From positions 3,552,001 to 3,616,000 of the forward strand of contig OZ252244.1 of assembly GCA_965249575.1 (NCBI GenBank): a stretch of 64,000 bases of DNA, written 5' to 3'. This stretch comes from Gemmatimonadales bacterium. Its GTDB lineage: Bacteria; Gemmatimonadota; Gemmatimonadetes; Gemmatimonadales; GWC2-71-9. Position 1 is the first letter of the stretch. Every line of letters starts with the position of its first letter. A program made the position numbers and the translations under genes. The notes under the pieces were generated by a model, which did no database searches, was not told where the DNA came from, and was given only the letters and a program-made list of their open reading frames with translations. This document shows positions 18,006-29,487 of the stretch, piece by piece.

Positions 18006-18669
18006 GGTCGTCGCGATCGATGGCCCGGCTGGGTCGGGCAAGTCCACGACGGCCAGCGCGACCGCCGAGCGGCTCGGGTTCGCGCACCTCGATAGCGGAG
18101 CGCTGTACCGAGCCGTCACGCTTGCCGCGCTGGACGCGGGCGTCGAGATGGTGGGCGACCGCGTCGTTGGATTGGCGCGGACTCTACCGGTGCGGTTGGT
18201 CCTCGCCGCCGGCTGGATTCGGCCGGAGCTTGCGGGTGCCGACGTTTCGGGCTCGATCCGGGAGCCGCGAGTCACTGCGCGCGTCTCCGAGGTGGCTGCC
18301 CTGGCGGTGGTGCGTGAGTGGGTGACCGACCAGCTGCGCGCCATGGCGGCGCGACACCCCGCCGGTCTGGTAGCCGACGGGCGCGACATGGGCAGCGTCG
18401 TCTTTCCCGACGCGCCGATCAAGATCTACCTGACGGCGGATCGGCGCGAACGCGCGCGGCGCCGCGCCGCGGAGATGGGCGGGCCGGTCACCGAAACGAG
18501 TTTGGAGCGGGTGGCCGCCGGGCTCAGCGAGCGCGATGCCCGAGATTCCAGGCGGGAGCACGCGCCTCTAAAACCGGCCGCCGACGCGGTGGTGCTGGAT
18601 ACGACGGATCTGACACTCGAGGAGGCGGTCGAGCGCGTGGTTGCGCTCGCGCGGAACGCGTTAAGCTAG
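17998..18669 (+). CDS. cmk: Cytidylate kinase
   Basis: IDGPAGSGKST, LDSGALYRA, DGRDMGSVVFPDA. Confidence 0.96.
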   Translation: MAKVVAIDGPAGSGKSTTASATAERLGFAHLDSGALYRAVTLAALDAGVEMVGDRVVGLARTLPVRLVLAAGWIRPELAGADVSGSIREPRVTARVSEVAALAVVREWVTDQLRAMAARHPAGLVADGRDMGSVVFPDAPIKIYLTADRRERARRRAAEMGGPVTETSLERVAAGLSERDARDSRREHAPLKPAADAVVLDTTDLTLEEAVERVVALARNALS

Positions 18670-18670
18670 C

Positions 18671-18699
18671 TTGACATAGGTCATACCCGCCCCTATGGT
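18671..18699 (+). promoter_or_regulatory. sigma70-type promoter for rpsA
   Basis: TTGACA-17 nt-TATGGT. Confidence 0.6.
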
Positions 18700-18762
18700 A
18701 CTTGGCTACCGCAATCCGCCTCGGGGAGGCGGTTTTCACATCAACGGAGTAACGTACCGGAC

Positions 18763-20568
18763 GTGTCGCAAGTGACTGACGAATCCCGTAGCGCTTCTAC
18801 TACCGAAGGAGCCGCTGAGACCCCCTCTCCTCGCTCGACCCTGCGAGTTCGTCCCGACCTCTACGACGAGAGCTACTCGGACGAGCAGTACCAAGAGATG
18901 CTCGAGCTCTACGAAGGAACACTGCAGAGCATCGTCGAGGGCGAGATCGTCAAGTCCAAGGTACTCCGCGTTACCGACACTCACGTCATTCTCGACGTCG
19001 GGTTCAAGTCCGAAGGCGCCGTTTCCGTTGACGAGTTCAAAGACCCCGGCAGCATCTCGCCGGGGGATGAAGTCGAAGTGTTCCTTGAGAATCTCGAGGA
19101 CCACGACGGGGCGGTCGTGCTCTCGAAGAAAAAAGCCGATTTCATGCGCGTGTGGGAGCGAATCCGACAAGCGTACGAGAACGACGAGCCGGTCGAAGGC
19201 ACGCTCATGAAGAAGATCAAAGGCGGGGTCGTCGTCGACTTGATGGGAGTCGACGCGTTCTTGCCGGGAAGCCAGATTGCCCTGCGGCGCGTGCCCAACA
19301 TCGACGAGCTCCTGGGCCAGGTCTATCCCTTCAAGATCATCAAACTCAACAAGCGACGCCGCAACATCGTCGTCTCGCGGCGCGTCATTCTCGAAGCCGA
19401 GCGCGCGACCAAGCGCAGCCAGCTCATGAAGGAGCTGGAAGTTGGTCAGGTTCGCAACGGAGTCGTCAAGAACATCACCGACTTCGGGGCGTTCATCGAC
19501 CTCGGCGGGGTCGACGGACTCCTGCACATTACGGACATGAGCTACGGTCGGGTGTCTCATCCGTCCGAGGCCGTCCAGATAGGGCTGGAGATCGAGGTCA
19601 AGGTCTTGGACATCGACTGGGATCGCGAGCGCATTTCCCTGGGCCGGAAACAGCTGCAGGCCTATCCCTGGGAGCATGTCTCCGAGAAGTACCCGGTTGG
19701 CGCGCGGGTCCAGGGAAAGGTGGTCAGCATCACCAACTACGGCGCGTTCGTCGAGTTGGAGCCGGGTATCGAGGGGCTGGTGCACATCAGCGAGATGAGT
19801 TGGACGCGCAACGTCCGGCACCCTTCCAAAATTGTGTCCATCGGGGAAACCATCGAAGCCGTCGTGCTCAAGGTCGATCCGAGCGAAGAGAAGATCTCCC
19901 TCGGCATGAAGCAGACCGAGCAGGACCCGTGGATGATGCTCCCGCTCAAATACCCGGTCGCGACGCGCATCACGGGCAAGGTCCGCAACCTGACGTCGTT
20001 CGGTGCGTTCGTCGAGATCGAGCCGGGGATCGACGGGTTGGTGCATATCTCCGACATGTCGTGGACCAAGCGCGTGCAACACCCCTCAGAGGTCGTCAAG
20101 AAGGGCGACACGGTCGACGTCGTCATCCTGAATGTTGATCCCGACAACAAGCGCATTTCACTTGGGTTGAAGCAGGCGACGGAAGATCCCTGGCTCCAGA
20201 TCGGCGAGGCGTATCCCGTCGATCGGGCGGTCTCCGGTCGGGTCGTGCGGTTCATGGACAACGGATTGGTGGTCGACATTGGCGACGACATCGAGGGATT
20301 CGTACCGGGGACTCAGGTGGGTCTGCCAGACGATAAGCCCCTACAGGACGCCGTGAGGGAAGGCCAGCCGGTCGATCTCAAAGTCTTGGAGGTTGACCCG
20401 ATTCACCACCGCATCGTGCTCGCCGCAACCGGATACCCCGAGGAGCCCGAGCCCGAGCCGGAGCCTGCGGCCGTGCCAGAAACTGCTCCCGCGCCGCCGG
20501 CTGTCCCCGAGGGGGACGCCGACGTCTCTCCGGACGGGGCACCCGAGACGGACCCGCCGTCGGAGTGA
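18763..20568 (+). CDS. rpsA: 30S ribosomal protein S1
   Basis: Repeated S1 domains ([31 protein letters not shown]); cmk-rpsA synteny. Confidence 0.97.
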   Translation: MSQVTDESRSASTTEGAAETPSPRSTLRVRPDLYDESYSDEQYQEMLELYEGTLQSIVEGEIVKSKVLRVTDTHVILDVGFKSEGAVSVDEFKDPGSISPGDEVEVFLENLEDHDGAVVLSKKKADFMRVWERIRQAYENDEPVEGTLMKKIKGGVVVDLMGVDAFLPGSQIALRRVPNIDELLGQVYPFKIIKLNKRRRNIVVSRRVILEAERATKRSQLMKELEVGQVRNGVVKNITDFGAFIDLGGVDGLLHITDMSYGRVSHPSEAVQIGLEIEVKVLDIDWDRERISLGRKQLQAYPWEHVSEKYPVGARVQGKVVSITNYGAFVELEPGIEGLVHISEMSWTRNVRHPSKIVSIGETIEAVVLKVDPSEEKISLGMKQTEQDPWMMLPLKYPVATRITGKVRNLTSFGAFVEIEPGIDGLVHISDMSWTKRVQHPSEVVKKGDTVDVVILNVDPDNKRISLGLKQATEDPWLQIGEAYPVDRAVSGRVVRFMDNGLVVDIGDDIEGFVPGTQVGLPDDKPLQDAVREGQPVDLKVLEVDPIHHRIVLAATGYPEEPEPEPEPAAVPETAPAPPAVPEGDADVSPDGAPETDPPSE

Positions 20569-20587
20569 AGCGGCGAGTGTTTGGGCG

Positions 20588-20627
20588 ACGCCGGTGGCCT
20601 CCGGTTGGAGAGGTCGCCGGCGTTTTT
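20588..20627 (+). terminator. Intrinsic terminator after rpsA
   Basis: ACGCCGGTGGCCT...AGGTCGCCGGCGT followed by a T-run. Confidence 0.7.
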
Positions 20628-20650
20628 CCGTTCAGGATGGATTGCTGGCC

Positions 20651-22201
20651 ATGAGCAGCGAAGCCAAGCTGGAACGTCTGCGAGAGTTGCGAGCGGCCAC
20701 CGAGGTGGGCGGGGGGGGCGACCGCATCAAGGCGCAGCACAAGAAGGGCAAACTGACCGCGCGGGAACGCCTCGACGTCCTGCTGGATGAGGGGAGCTTC
20801 GTGGAGCTCGATCGGTTCGTAACCCACCGCTCCACCGAATTCGGGCTCGATGAACAGCGCGTATTGGGTGATGGGGTCGTGACCGGGTACGGACGGGTGG
20901 AGGAGCGGCTGGTCTATGTGTTCGCCCAGGATTTCACCGTGTTCGGGGGATCCTTGTCCGAAGCCCACGCGGAGAAGATCTGCAAGGTCATGGATCTCGC
21001 GACGCGAAACGGTGCACCGATCGTGGGCCTGAATGATTCGGGCGGGGCCCGAATTCAGGAGGGTGTTACGTCGCTCGGCGGATACGCCGACATTTTCTTG
21101 CGGAACACGATGGTGTCGGGCGTCGTGCCCCAGATCAGCGCGATCCTCGGTCCGTGCGCCGGTGGTGCTGTCTACAGTCCGGCTATCACCGATTTCGTCT
21201 TCATGGTGCGCGGGATCTCCTACATGTTCGTGACGGGACCGAACGTCGTGAAGACGGTGACGCATGAGGACGTGGACGCCGAGGCCCTGGGCGGTGCGGA
21301 CGTGCACGGCTCGGTGTCAGGTGTCGCTCACTTCGTCACCGACTCGGAGTCGGAGTGTCTCATGGGCGTTCGGACGCTTCTGGGATTCCTCCCCGGCAAC
21401 AACGTGGACACCCCTCCTGTGAGGTCGCCTCGGGATCCTGCAGATCGGCGAGACGAGGCGTTGCTCTCGATCGTGCCCGACAATCCGAACAAACCCTACG
21501 ACATGCACGATGTCATCGGCCGCATTGTGGATGACGGGGAGCTCTTGGAGATCCATCGCGACTTCGCCGCCAATCTCGTGGTGGGGTTCGCGCGGCTTGG
21601 CGGGCGCCCGGTGGGTGTCGTCGCTAACCAGCCGGCGGTGTTGGCGGGCGTTCTCGACATCAAGGCGTCTCTGAAGGGCGCGCGGTTCATTCGGTTCTGT
21701 GATGCATTCAACATTCCACTGGTGACCTTCGAAGATGTGCCGGGCTTCCTTCCCGGCGTCGAGCAGGAACACGGCGGGATCATCAAGCACGGTGCCAAGC
21801 TGCTGTACGCTTTTGCGGAGGCCACGGTCCCGAAACTGACTGTGATCACGCGCAAGGCGTATGGAGGCGCGTACGACGTGATGAGCTCGAAGCACATCCG
21901 GGGTGATTACAACGTCGCCTGGCCGACGGCTGAGATCGCGGTCATGGGACCAAAGGGAGCGGCGGAGATCCTCTTCAAGCGGGAGATCGCGGCTGCCGAT
22001 GACGCCGAGGCCAGGTTGGAAGAGTTGGTGCGGGAGTACCGCGAGACCTTCGCTCACCCGTACAAGGCGGCCGAACGAGGGTACATCGACGATGTGGTTG
22101 ACCCGAGGGAGACGCGCCCCCGGCTGATCTCCGCGCTCGAAACCCTCGTGACCAAACGCGACCGCAATCCACCCAAGAAGCACGGGAACATCCCCCTGTG
22201 A
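20651..22201 (+). CDS. pccB: Acyl-CoA (propionyl-CoA-type) carboxylase carboxyltransferase beta subunit
   Basis: [47 protein letters not shown]. Confidence 0.9.
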   Translation: MSSEAKLERLRELRAATEVGGGGDRIKAQHKKGKLTARERLDVLLDEGSFVELDRFVTHRSTEFGLDEQRVLGDGVVTGYGRVEERLVYVFAQDFTVFGGSLSEAHAEKICKVMDLATRNGAPIVGLNDSGGARIQEGVTSLGGYADIFLRNTMVSGVVPQISAILGPCAGGAVYSPAITDFVFMVRGISYMFVTGPNVVKTVTHEDVDAEALGGADVHGSVSGVAHFVTDSESECLMGVRTLLGFLPGNNVDTPPVRSPRDPADRRDEALLSIVPDNPNKPYDMHDVIGRIVDDGELLEIHRDFAANLVVGFARLGGRPVGVVANQPAVLAGVLDIKASLKGARFIRFCDAFNIPLVTFEDVPGFLPGVEQEHGGIIKHGAKLLYAFAEATVPKLTVITRKAYGGAYDVMSSKHIRGDYNVAWPTAEIAVMGPKGAAEILFKREIAAADDAEARLEELVREYRETFAHPYKAAERGYIDDVVDPRETRPRLISALETLVTKRDRNPPKKHGNIPL

Positions 22202-22272
22202 GACTGGCGTTCGCCGGACGTGCTCGGTCCGCCACGTCTCGTCGCACCGCCAATCCCAATCCGGGACCTTAA

Positions 22273-23778
22273 GTGCTCCGGCGCGTGCTCATCGCCAATC
22301 GTGGCGAGATCGCCGTCCGGATCATCCGAGCTTGCCATGAGGAAGGCATCGAGGCCGTCTCGGTCTATTCAGAGGCCGATCGCGGCAGCCCGCACGTGGC
22401 CGCTGCGGATCTGGCGATTGAGATCGGGCCAGCGGCGGCTGCTGCATCCTACCTAAAGACGGATCGGATCCTGGACGCCGCCAAACGCAGCGGCTCGGAT
22501 GCCATCCACCCCGGCTATGGGTTTCTGGCTGAGCGGGCTGCGTTTGCCGAGGCGGTCGTGGCTGCGGGGTTCGTGTTCGTGGGTCCGCCCGCAAGCGCCA
22601 TACGCGCGATGGGCGAGAAGACGGAAGCCCGCCGTCGCATGCGGGCCGCGGGCGTCGCGATCGTGCCGGGGACCGTCGAGCCGGTGACCGATCTCGACGA
22701 CGCCACGCGAGCAGCTGCCGAGGTGGGGTATCCGTTACTGTTGAAGGCGGCTGCTGGTGGTGGAGGGAAGGGCATGCGCCGGGTGGATGAGCCCGGAGCC
22801 CTTGGCGCGGCGCTTGAGCAGGCGACGTCGGAGTCCCGATCGGCCTTTGGTGATGGGGCCGTGTACCTCGAGCGGTTGATCGAGCGGCCGCGCCATGTCG
22901 AACTCCAGGTGCTGGCGGACCGATTCGGGAACGTGATCCACCTCGGCGAGCGCGAATGCTCGGTGCAGCGGCGCCATCAGAAACTGATCGAGGAAGCGCC
23001 GTCCCCGGTCGTCGATCTCGATCTGCGGCTCGCGATGGGGAAAGCGGCCGTCCAAGCTGCCAGATCGGTCAACTACGTTGGGGCCGGCACTGTCGAGTTC
23101 CTCCTCGAGCCCAGCGGCCGTTTCTATTTCCTCGAAATGAATACACGGATCCAGGTCGAGCACCCCGTGACGGAGGTAGTCTACGGGGTCGACCTGGTTC
23201 GCGAGCAGCTTCGCATTGCCGGTGGCGAGCCCATGACGCCATCCGGCCGGCCGATGCGCCCGCGAGGACACGCCATCGAATGTCGCATCACGAGCGAGGA
23301 TCCGTTTGACGGCTTCCTGCCCGCGACGGGTCGGATTGACTACCTACGGGTACCCGGTGGTCCGGGCGTGCGCTGGGATGGGGGGATCGAGGTCGGCTCC
23401 GAAGTGGGGCTGCACTACGACCCGCTGCTGGCCAAACTGATCACGTGGGGTGAGAGCCGCGACCGTGCTATCCAGCGAATGCGCCGCGCACTCGATGAAT
23501 TGGTGATCGTGGGGGTGCAGACGTCCCAGCCATTTCATCGGCGGGTGATGAGAGAGCGCACCTTTGTCGAGGGTCACTACGATATCGAGTATCTCGACCA
23601 AGTGGCTGTGGGCCTCCTGACGCCGGGGGCGGAGGAGTCGGATCTCGAGTCGATCGCGATCGCGGTGGCACTTGCCGAGGACTCGGAGCGAAATGCGCGG
23701 GTCCCGACGGTACTGGACGTCAAGGCGGTTGAAGGAAGCGCGTGGCTCAGAGCGGCGCGATTGGGCGGCCTGCGGTGA
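22273..23778 (+). CDS. accC: Biotin carboxylase subunit
   Basis: ANRGEIAVR, HPGYGFLAE, GGGGKGMR, ERECSVQRRHQK, EMNTRIQVEH. Confidence 0.93.
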   Translation: MLRRVLIANRGEIAVRIIRACHEEGIEAVSVYSEADRGSPHVAAADLAIEIGPAAAAASYLKTDRILDAAKRSGSDAIHPGYGFLAERAAFAEAVVAAGFVFVGPPASAIRAMGEKTEARRRMRAAGVAIVPGTVEPVTDLDDATRAAAEVGYPLLLKAAAGGGGKGMRRVDEPGALGAALEQATSESRSAFGDGAVYLERLIERPRHVELQVLADRFGNVIHLGERECSVQRRHQKLIEEAPSPVVDLDLRLAMGKAAVQAARSVNYVGAGTVEFLLEPSGRFYFLEMNTRIQVEHPVTEVVYGVDLVREQLRIAGGEPMTPSGRPMRPRGHAIECRITSEDPFDGFLPATGRIDYLRVPGGPGVRWDGGIEVGSEVGLHYDPLLAKLITWGESRDRAIQRMRRALDELVIVGVQTSQPFHRRVMRERTFVEGHYDIEYLDQVAVGLLTPGAEESDLESIAIAVALAEDSERNARVPTVLDVKAVEGSAWLRAARLGGLR

Positions 23779-25025
23779 CGCGGGTAGCCATCGACCGGAA
23801 CGCGGCGGGAGGGGACGGGGTGGGCCGGCTCCCGGACGGGATGACCGTCTTCGTCCCGCGCACGGCACCGGGCGACGTGGCCGACGTCCACGTGGCCGAG
23901 CGCCGGCCCAGATTTGCGCGAGGCGTGCTGACGGAGCTGGCCGTCGCCGGCCCGGAACGCGTAGCGCCACCGTGCGATCACTACGTGGTCGACCGGTGCG
24001 GCGGGTGCCAGCTGCAGCATCTTTCTTCCGATGAGCAACTTCGGGTAAAGCGTGCGGTGGTTGGCGATGCACTTCGTCGTATCGGACGGCGGCAAGTATC
24101 GGATCCCCCAATCGTCCCAGCGCCGTCGGGCTGGCGCTACCGCACTCGGATCACGCTCGCCGCGAAATCTCGCGGCGCCGGTCCGCCCGCCATTGGGCTA
24201 CGCCGTCGGGATGACGCAGGCGACGTGTTCGATTTATCGGACTGCCTGATTACGCGAGAAGCGCTCATGGGGCTGTGGACAAAGCTCCAGCGGCAACGGC
24301 AGTTCTTACCACTCGGGCTCCGGTCGGTGATGCTGCGAGAGGATTGGGAGGGTGGCAGGCACGTGATTCTGCAGGTCGACGGCGGGGAGTCGCCAGGTGA
24401 GCGCATCGCCGCCGCCGTGGGCGGGCTCGGCGCCACTCTATGGTGGCAGGATGCTTCCGGGCCTCCCCGCGCCGTGGGCAAACCGGTTTCGCCGATTCCG
24501 GTGTTTTCGTTCGAGCAAGTCAACCCCGAGTTCGGTGACCGCATCCGTTGCGATGCCGTCGAAGCGCTTGGCGACGTATCCGGGCGAACGGTCTGGGATC
24601 TGTACGGTGGGACCGGCAAAACGGCACGGTTGTTGGCCAGTCGCGGAGCGCGAGTCACGTCGGTCGACCTCGACCGGTCCGCGATCGCTTGGGCCCGTCG
24701 GGGCGGTGGGCGGGCGGGGCCGGGCGCACCGGCGATCCAATACATCGCATCGCGGGTTGAGCATGTCTTGGACCGGCTGCCGGAGCCTGACGTCATAGTC
24801 GCCAACCCCCCTCGTGCGGGACTACACACACACGTCTCGAAATGGGTGACCGCCTGGGCCACGTCGGCCCCGAGACGCCACCTGAGCTACGTCTCGTGCG
24901 ATCCCGCCACGCTCGCCCGCGATCTTGGCCGCATGCCCCCTTTGCGCCTGGCGCACCTAATGGCATACGACTTGTTCCCGCAAACGGCTCACGTCGAAAT
25001 CTTGGCTGTTCTGGAGTCGGGATGA
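23775..25025 (+). CDS. TRAM-domain RNA (uracil-5) methyltransferase, RlmD/TrmA family
   Basis: TRAM N-terminus, CGGCQLQH, DLYGGTG, NPPRAG, YVSCDPATLARD, DLFPQTAHVE. Confidence 0.88.
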   Translation: MTRVAIDRNAAGGDGVGRLPDGMTVFVPRTAPGDVADVHVAERRPRFARGVLTELAVAGPERVAPPCDHYVVDRCGGCQLQHLSSDEQLRVKRAVVGDALRRIGRRQVSDPPIVPAPSGWRYRTRITLAAKSRGAGPPAIGLRRRDDAGDVFDLSDCLITREALMGLWTKLQRQRQFLPLGLRSVMLREDWEGGRHVILQVDGGESPGERIAAAVGGLGATLWWQDASGPPRAVGKPVSPIPVFSFEQVNPEFGDRIRCDAVEALGDVSGRTVWDLYGGTGKTARLLASRGARVTSVDLDRSAIAWARRGGGRAGPGAPAIQYIASRVEHVLDRLPEPDVIVANPPRAGLHTHVSKWVTAWATSAPRRHLSYVSCDPATLARDLGRMPPLRLAHLMAYDLFPQTAHVEILAVLESG

Positions 25026-25558
25026 AATACTCGGTGTCGATCGGTGGGCGAACGTTTGACGTCGGCGTGCATGGCGACAGGGTGGAGGTTGCCGGACGAT
25101 CGCTCGACGCCCACCAAGTCGTGGTTACGGGTACACCGCTGCGCCGCCTGGTCATCGGCGGTGTGACCCGAACGTATTCGTTGGAGCGGCAGCCGAGGGG
25201 CTGGATCGTCGGGCGAGGAGGCGAGCGCTGGGCGGTCGAGGTCGTCGATGAGCGAACGCAGCGGTTGCGCGCCCTCACCGGCGGGTCCCGCGCCCGTCCG
25301 TCCGACGGAATCGTCAAGGCGCCCATGCCGGGCCTCGTGCTCCGACTGGAGGTCGAGCCTGGTGAGGAGGTCGCGGCCGGTCGAGGTCTGTTAGTGCTCG
25401 AGGCGATGAAGATGGAGAACGAGATCAGGGCGCCAGCGAGTGGCGTTGTGCGCGCGGTCCTCGTGCAGCCGGGGCAAGTGGTCGAGCGGGGCACGGAGCT
25501 CGTCGAGATCGCGGGGAGCGTGCCGCCGAGTCTTGACCCTCCTCTACCGCCCGGCTAG
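25022..25558 (+). CDS. Biotin carboxyl carrier protein of acyl-CoA carboxylase
   Basis: KAPMPG and EAMKMENE biotinylation motif. Confidence 0.92.
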   Translation: MKYSVSIGGRTFDVGVHGDRVEVAGRSLDAHQVVVTGTPLRRLVIGGVTRTYSLERQPRGWIVGRGGERWAVEVVDERTQRLRALTGGSRARPSDGIVKAPMPGLVLRLEVEPGEEVAAGRGLLVLEAMKMENEIRAPASGVVRAVLVQPGQVVERGTELVEIAGSVPPSLDPPLPPG

Positions 25559-25561
25559 CTT
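25533..25561 (+). promoter_or_regulatory. Candidate sigma70 promoter for rplM-rpsI
   Basis: TTGACC-17 nt-TAGCTT. Confidence 0.5.
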
Positions 25562-25601
25562 CCTTCTCTGTCTTGAGTTACGGCACTTACAAACGAGCGT
25601 C

Positions 25602-26033
25602 ATGCAGACCTATTCGCCCAAGGCGAGCGAACTAGAGCATCACTGGCACGTCGTCGACGCCGATGGTGTGGCACTGGGCCGGCTCGCAAGCCGCGTCGCT
25701 CAGATCATTCGTGGTAAGCACAAACCCACGTTCGCGCCCCACCTCGACGGTGGGGATTTCGTCATCGTGGTCAATGCCGGCAAGGTCCGGCTGACCGGAC
25801 GGAAGCGGGAGCAGAAGCACTATTTTAGCCATACCGGCTACATGGGTCACGAACGGCACACCCCCGCCGGCGAATTGCTCCGCACACATCCCGACCGGGT
25901 GATCGAAAAGGCCGTGTTTGGCATGCTGCCCAAGAACAACTTGGGGCGGCAGCACCTTCGCAAGAAGCTCAAGGTGTATGCTGGCGCCGACCATCCTCAT
26001 GAGGCCCAGCGGCCTTCGCCGCTTCCGCTCTGA
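25602..26033 (+). CDS. rplM: 50S ribosomal protein L13
   Basis: [32 protein letters not shown]. Confidence 0.97.
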   Translation: MQTYSPKASELEHHWHVVDADGVALGRLASRVAQIIRGKHKPTFAPHLDGGDFVIVVNAGKVRLTGRKREQKHYFSHTGYMGHERHTPAGELLRTHPDRVIEKAVFGMLPKNNLGRQHLRKKLKVYAGADHPHEAQRPSPLPL

Positions 26034-26050
26034 GGCACCGGACCGAGACT

Positions 26051-26458
26051 ATGACCGTTTCGCAACAACCGGAATTGAGGTGGCAGGCTGTCGGACGGCG
26101 CAAGACGAGCGTCGCACGGGTCTACCTGACGCCCGGATCCGGGAAATGGGACGTTAACGGCCGCACGCTGGGGGATTTCTTCCCACGCCGGTCGCTCGTC
26201 CAGCACATTCAGCAACCGTTCACGGTGACCGACACCCTGGGGGCGTTCGACGTCCGGGCGAGGGTCAATGGCGGCGGTATGACCGGACAGGCGGGTGCGA
26301 TCCGCCTGGGGATCGCCAGGGCGCTCGTCGGAGCGGATGAGACGCACCGCAGAAAGCTCAGAGAGCAGGCCCTTTTGACTCGGGATCCGAGAGCGGTGGA
26401 GCGCAAGAAGCCGGGCCGACCCAAAGCCAGAAAGCGGTTCCAGTTCTCGAAGCGGTAG
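26051..26458 (+). CDS. rpsI: 30S ribosomal protein S9
   Basis: GRRKTSVARV, LLTRDPRAVERKK, FQFSKR. Confidence 0.97.
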   Translation: MTVSQQPELRWQAVGRRKTSVARVYLTPGSGKWDVNGRTLGDFFPRRSLVQHIQQPFTVTDTLGAFDVRARVNGGGMTGQAGAIRLGIARALVGADETHRRKLREQALLTRDPRAVERKKPGRPKARKRFQFSKR

Positions 26459-26472
26459 TCGGTTTCGGTCCA

Positions 26473-26545
26473 GCACGCACATCGCCGGACCTCGTCTTGG
26501 GTGTTCACCGTGGTGAATCGGGGCGAGGGGGGAAGGCGGTGGACG
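26473..26545 (+). promoter_or_regulatory. S2-type autoregulatory leader of rpsB
   Basis: CACGCAC...GGGTG-hairpin (TTCACC-GT-GGTGAA)...GTGGA arrangement with long-range ATCGCC/GGCGGT pairing, resembling the conserved rpsB 5' UTR. Confidence 0.55.
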
Positions 26546-26564
26546 ATCAACCCAAGGATTCTCG

Positions 26565-27479
26565 ATGACGCAACCGCAGCTCCACGATCTGCTCGAAGCC
26601 GGCGTCCACTTCGGCCACCAGACGCGACGGTGGAACCCGAAGATGAGGCGCTTCATCTTTGCCGAGCGTTCCGGCATCTACCTCATCGACCTGCAGAAAA
26701 CCCTGCGGCAGCTCGAGACGGCTCAGGAGTTGATGCGCTCGGTCGTCCTTCGGGGCGACGCGGTGCTGTTCGTCTGCACGAAGAAGCAGCTGAAGCTGAT
26801 CGTACGGGCCGAGGCCGAGCGATGCGCTTCGTTCTACGTGACGGAGCGATGGCTCGGCGGGATGCTCACGAACTTCAATACGATCAAGAAGCAGATTCGG
26901 CGCCTCAAAGAGATCGAGCAGGGTTTAGAAGAAGGCGCCTACGAGTTCTTTACGAAGAAAGAGCAGCTCCTGTTCGAACGCGAGCAAGAAAAGCTCAACC
27001 GGAACCTCGAAGGCATCAAGAACATGAACCGGCTTCCCGGGGCGATGTTCGTCGTTGATGCCAAGAAGGAGCGCATCGCCATTGCCGAGGCTAACAAGCT
27101 GAAAATCCCTGTCATCGCGATCGTCGACACGAATGCCGACCCGGATGTCATCTCGGTCCCGATCCCGGGCAACGACGACGCGATCCGCTCCGTCTCGCTG
27201 ATCACGCACGCGGTCGTCGACGTGATTGAGGAGGCGCGGAGTCAGGTACCAGTACGCGAAGCCAGTGAAGAGGGTGAGGGCTACACTTACAGCACCGACG
27301 TTGGCGCGGCCGACGAGGACTCCGACGAGCGCCGCCGTCGCCGGCGACCGCGGCGCAAGCGGCGTCCAAAACCCGAGGCGATCGCGGCACGGCTCAAAGG
27401 GGAGACTGCGGAGGGCGAGACCCCGCCGGAGGGGAGCGACGCCGAGGCTGCCAAAGCGGACGTGTCGGGGGACGGATAG
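26565..27479 (+). CDS. rpsB: 30S ribosomal protein S2
   Basis: EAGVHFGHQTRRWNPKM, RWLGGMLTN, PGNDDAIRS; charged C-terminal extension. Confidence 0.97.
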   Translation: MTQPQLHDLLEAGVHFGHQTRRWNPKMRRFIFAERSGIYLIDLQKTLRQLETAQELMRSVVLRGDAVLFVCTKKQLKLIVRAEAERCASFYVTERWLGGMLTNFNTIKKQIRRLKEIEQGLEEGAYEFFTKKEQLLFEREQEKLNRNLEGIKNMNRLPGAMFVVDAKKERIAIAEANKLKIPVIAIVDTNADPDVISVPIPGNDDAIRSVSLITHAVVDVIEEARSQVPVREASEEGEGYTYSTDVGAADEDSDERRRRRRPRRKRRPKPEAIAARLKGETAEGETPPEGSDAEAAKADVSGDG

Positions 27480-27510
27480 GCCCGAGCACCGTTTGGCGTT
27501 TCCGATGGCG

Positions 27511-27552
27511 ACCGCCGCTATCCGGCTCAGACGGGCCCGAAGCGGCGGTTTT
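27511..27552 (+). terminator. Terminator/attenuator hairpin between rpsB and tsf
   Basis: ACCGCCGCT...AGCGGCGGT followed by TTT. Confidence 0.55.
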
Positions 27553-27583
27553 CACATAACCACGTAAGGAGAGTAGGCTGATC

Positions 27584-28189
27584 ATGGCGACGGCGATCAC
27601 AGCGAAGGACGTTGCTGCCCTCCGCGGCCGAACAGGTGCCGGAATGATGGAGTGTAAGAAGGCCCTGCAGGAAGCGAGCGGTGACCTGGAGAAGGCCGTC
27701 GACCTCTTGCGGCAGCGGGGAATCGCGAAGGCAGAGAAACGTGCGGAACGAGGCACGACAGAGGGAGTGATCGGCAGTTACGTGCACTTCAATCACAAGG
27801 TCGGCGTCCTCGTCGAGGTCAATTGTGAGACCGATTTCGTGGCCCGCACTGACGATTTTCAGGCGCTGGCGAAAGATCTGGCGCTGCACATCGCGTCGGC
27901 GAACCCGCTGACCGTGACGGTCGAGCAGCTACCCGCGGAGGTCGTAGACCGCGAACGGGCGATTTTCGAGGCCCAGACAGCGGAGTCGGGTAAGCCCGAT
28001 GCCGTCCGGCCGAAGATCGTCGAAGGCAAGCTGCGGAAATTCTATGCGGAGCAGGTCCTCTTGGAACAGCCCTTCGTCAAGGACGACAAGCGGTCCGTGG
28101 GCGATCTGGTCAAGGCGGTCTCGGCGCAGGTGGGAGAAAACATCGTCGTGCGACGCTTCGCGCGGTTTGCCTTGGGCGAGCACCCGTGA
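27584..28189 (+). CDS. tsf: Elongation factor Ts (short form)
   Basis: [26 protein letters not shown]. Confidence 0.96.
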   Translation: MATAITAKDVAALRGRTGAGMMECKKALQEASGDLEKAVDLLRQRGIAKAEKRAERGTTEGVIGSYVHFNHKVGVLVEVNCETDFVARTDDFQALAKDLALHIASANPLTVTVEQLPAEVVDRERAIFEAQTAESGKPDAVRPKIVEGKLRKFYAEQVLLEQPFVKDDKRSVGDLVKAVSAQVGENIVVRRFARFALGEHP

Positions 28190-28899
28190 CGGAACTGGTA
28201 TACCGGCGGGTGCTGCTGAAGCTGTCGGGCGAAGCGCTGGCCGGAGGGGGTGGCGTGGGTTTCGACTTCGGCACGCTCGACGGACTCACCGACGAGATCA
28301 AGGAGGTCCATGCGCTTGGCGTCGATCTCGGTTTGGTCATTGGGGGCGGCAACATTCTGCGCGGGACGGTCGCAAGCCAGCAGGGAATGGACCGGGTGTC
28401 GGCGGACTACATGGGCATGCTAGCGACGGTCATCAATGCGCTGGCACTCCAGGACATCCTAGAGCGAAAAGGCGTCGACACACGCGTGATGACAGCGATT
28501 CGAATGGAGGAACTCGCCGAGCCCTATATTCGCCGCCGGGCCCAGCGCCATCTGGAAAAGGGACGGATCGTACTGTTCGCTGGCGGCACCGGCAACCCGT
28601 ATTTTTCGACCGACACCGCTGCAGTGCTGCGGGCCCTCGAGATCGAAGCCGAGGTGATCATCAAGGCCACGAGCGTCGACGGAGTCTACAGTGCGGATCC
28701 CAAGGTCGTTCCGGATGCGCAGTTCATCCCGAACCTGTCGTTTCAGGACGCGATTGTGCAGGGCCTGGCGGTCATGGACGGGAACGCATTCGGACTGTGC
28801 AAGGACAACGGGCTACCCATCGTCGTTATGAACGTCAATCAACGAGGCGCGGTTGCTCGCGTGCTCCGCGGGGAACGCGTCGGGACCATGGTCCAATGA
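28186..28899 (+). CDS. pyrH: UMP kinase
   Basis: [36 protein letters not shown]. Confidence 0.97.
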   Translation: MTELVYRRVLLKLSGEALAGGGGVGFDFGTLDGLTDEIKEVHALGVDLGLVIGGGNILRGTVASQQGMDRVSADYMGMLATVINALALQDILERKGVDTRVMTAIRMEELAEPYIRRRAQRHLEKGRIVLFAGGTGNPYFSTDTAAVLRALEIEAEVIIKATSVDGVYSADPKVVPDAQFIPNLSFQDAIVQGLAVMDGNAFGLCKDNGLPIVVMNVNQRGAVARVLRGERVGTMVQ

Positions 28900-29450
28900 C
28901 GCCACTACAGGAAATCGTCAAACACGCCGGCGATCAGATGCGAAAGGCCGTGGAAAACACCAAGCGTGAGCTTGCGGCGATCCGCAGCAGCAAAGCCACG
29001 ACGACGCTGCTCGATACGGTTCGGGTCGACGCCTACGGTCAAGTCATGCCGCTGAATCAGGTCGCGAGCCTCGCGGCACCGGAACCACGCCTGCTCACGG
29101 TGCAACCATGGGACAAGTCACTGATCGAGGCCGTGGAGAAATCGCTCCGGTCGTCGGATCTCGGTCTCAATCCGTCGAACGACGGAACCATCATCAGGGT
29201 CCCGCTCCCCCCCCTGACTGAAGAGCGGCGCAAGGAGCTCGCGCGGGTTGTTCGCAAGCTGGCGGAGGAGGGGCGAGTGGCCGTTCGACACGCCCGGACG
29301 GAAGCGATTTCGAAAACCAAAAAGGTCGAGCACGTTTCCGATGATGAGAAGCACCACACCGAAAAAGACATCCAAAAGTTGCATGACGACGTGATTGGCC
29401 AGATGGACGCGCTGAGCAAATCCAAGGAACAAGAGATCATGGAGGTATAG
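28896..29450 (+). CDS. frr: Ribosome recycling factor
   Basis: ATGA overlap with pyr[29 protein letters not shown]. Confidence 0.96.
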   Translation: MTPLQEIVKHAGDQMRKAVENTKRELAAIRSSKATTTLLDTVRVDAYGQVMPLNQVASLAAPEPRLLTVQPWDKSLIEAVEKSLRSSDLGLNPSNDGTIIRVPLPPLTEERRKELARVVRKLAEEGRVAVRHARTEAISKTKKVEHVSDDEKHHTEKDIQKLHDDVIGQMDALSKSKEQEIMEV

Positions 29451-29487
29451 CCGGACGGCGGCGCTTCGCCGCGTCCACCGTTCCGCC

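Noticed and set aside
20711..20718. G8 homopolymer in pccB as a phase-variation tract
   Set aside because: In frame, encodes a Gly run in a housekeeping gene, and is short.
18736..21307. Long minus-strand ORFs opposite rpsA and pccB
   Set aside because: Antisense shadows with no recognisable motifs.
27584..28189. Unusually short EF-Ts
   Set aside because: The ~200-aa form is known from several phyla; not a truncation.
29451..29487. uppS absent between frr and cdsA
   Set aside because: Ordinary gene-order variation; no remnant visible.
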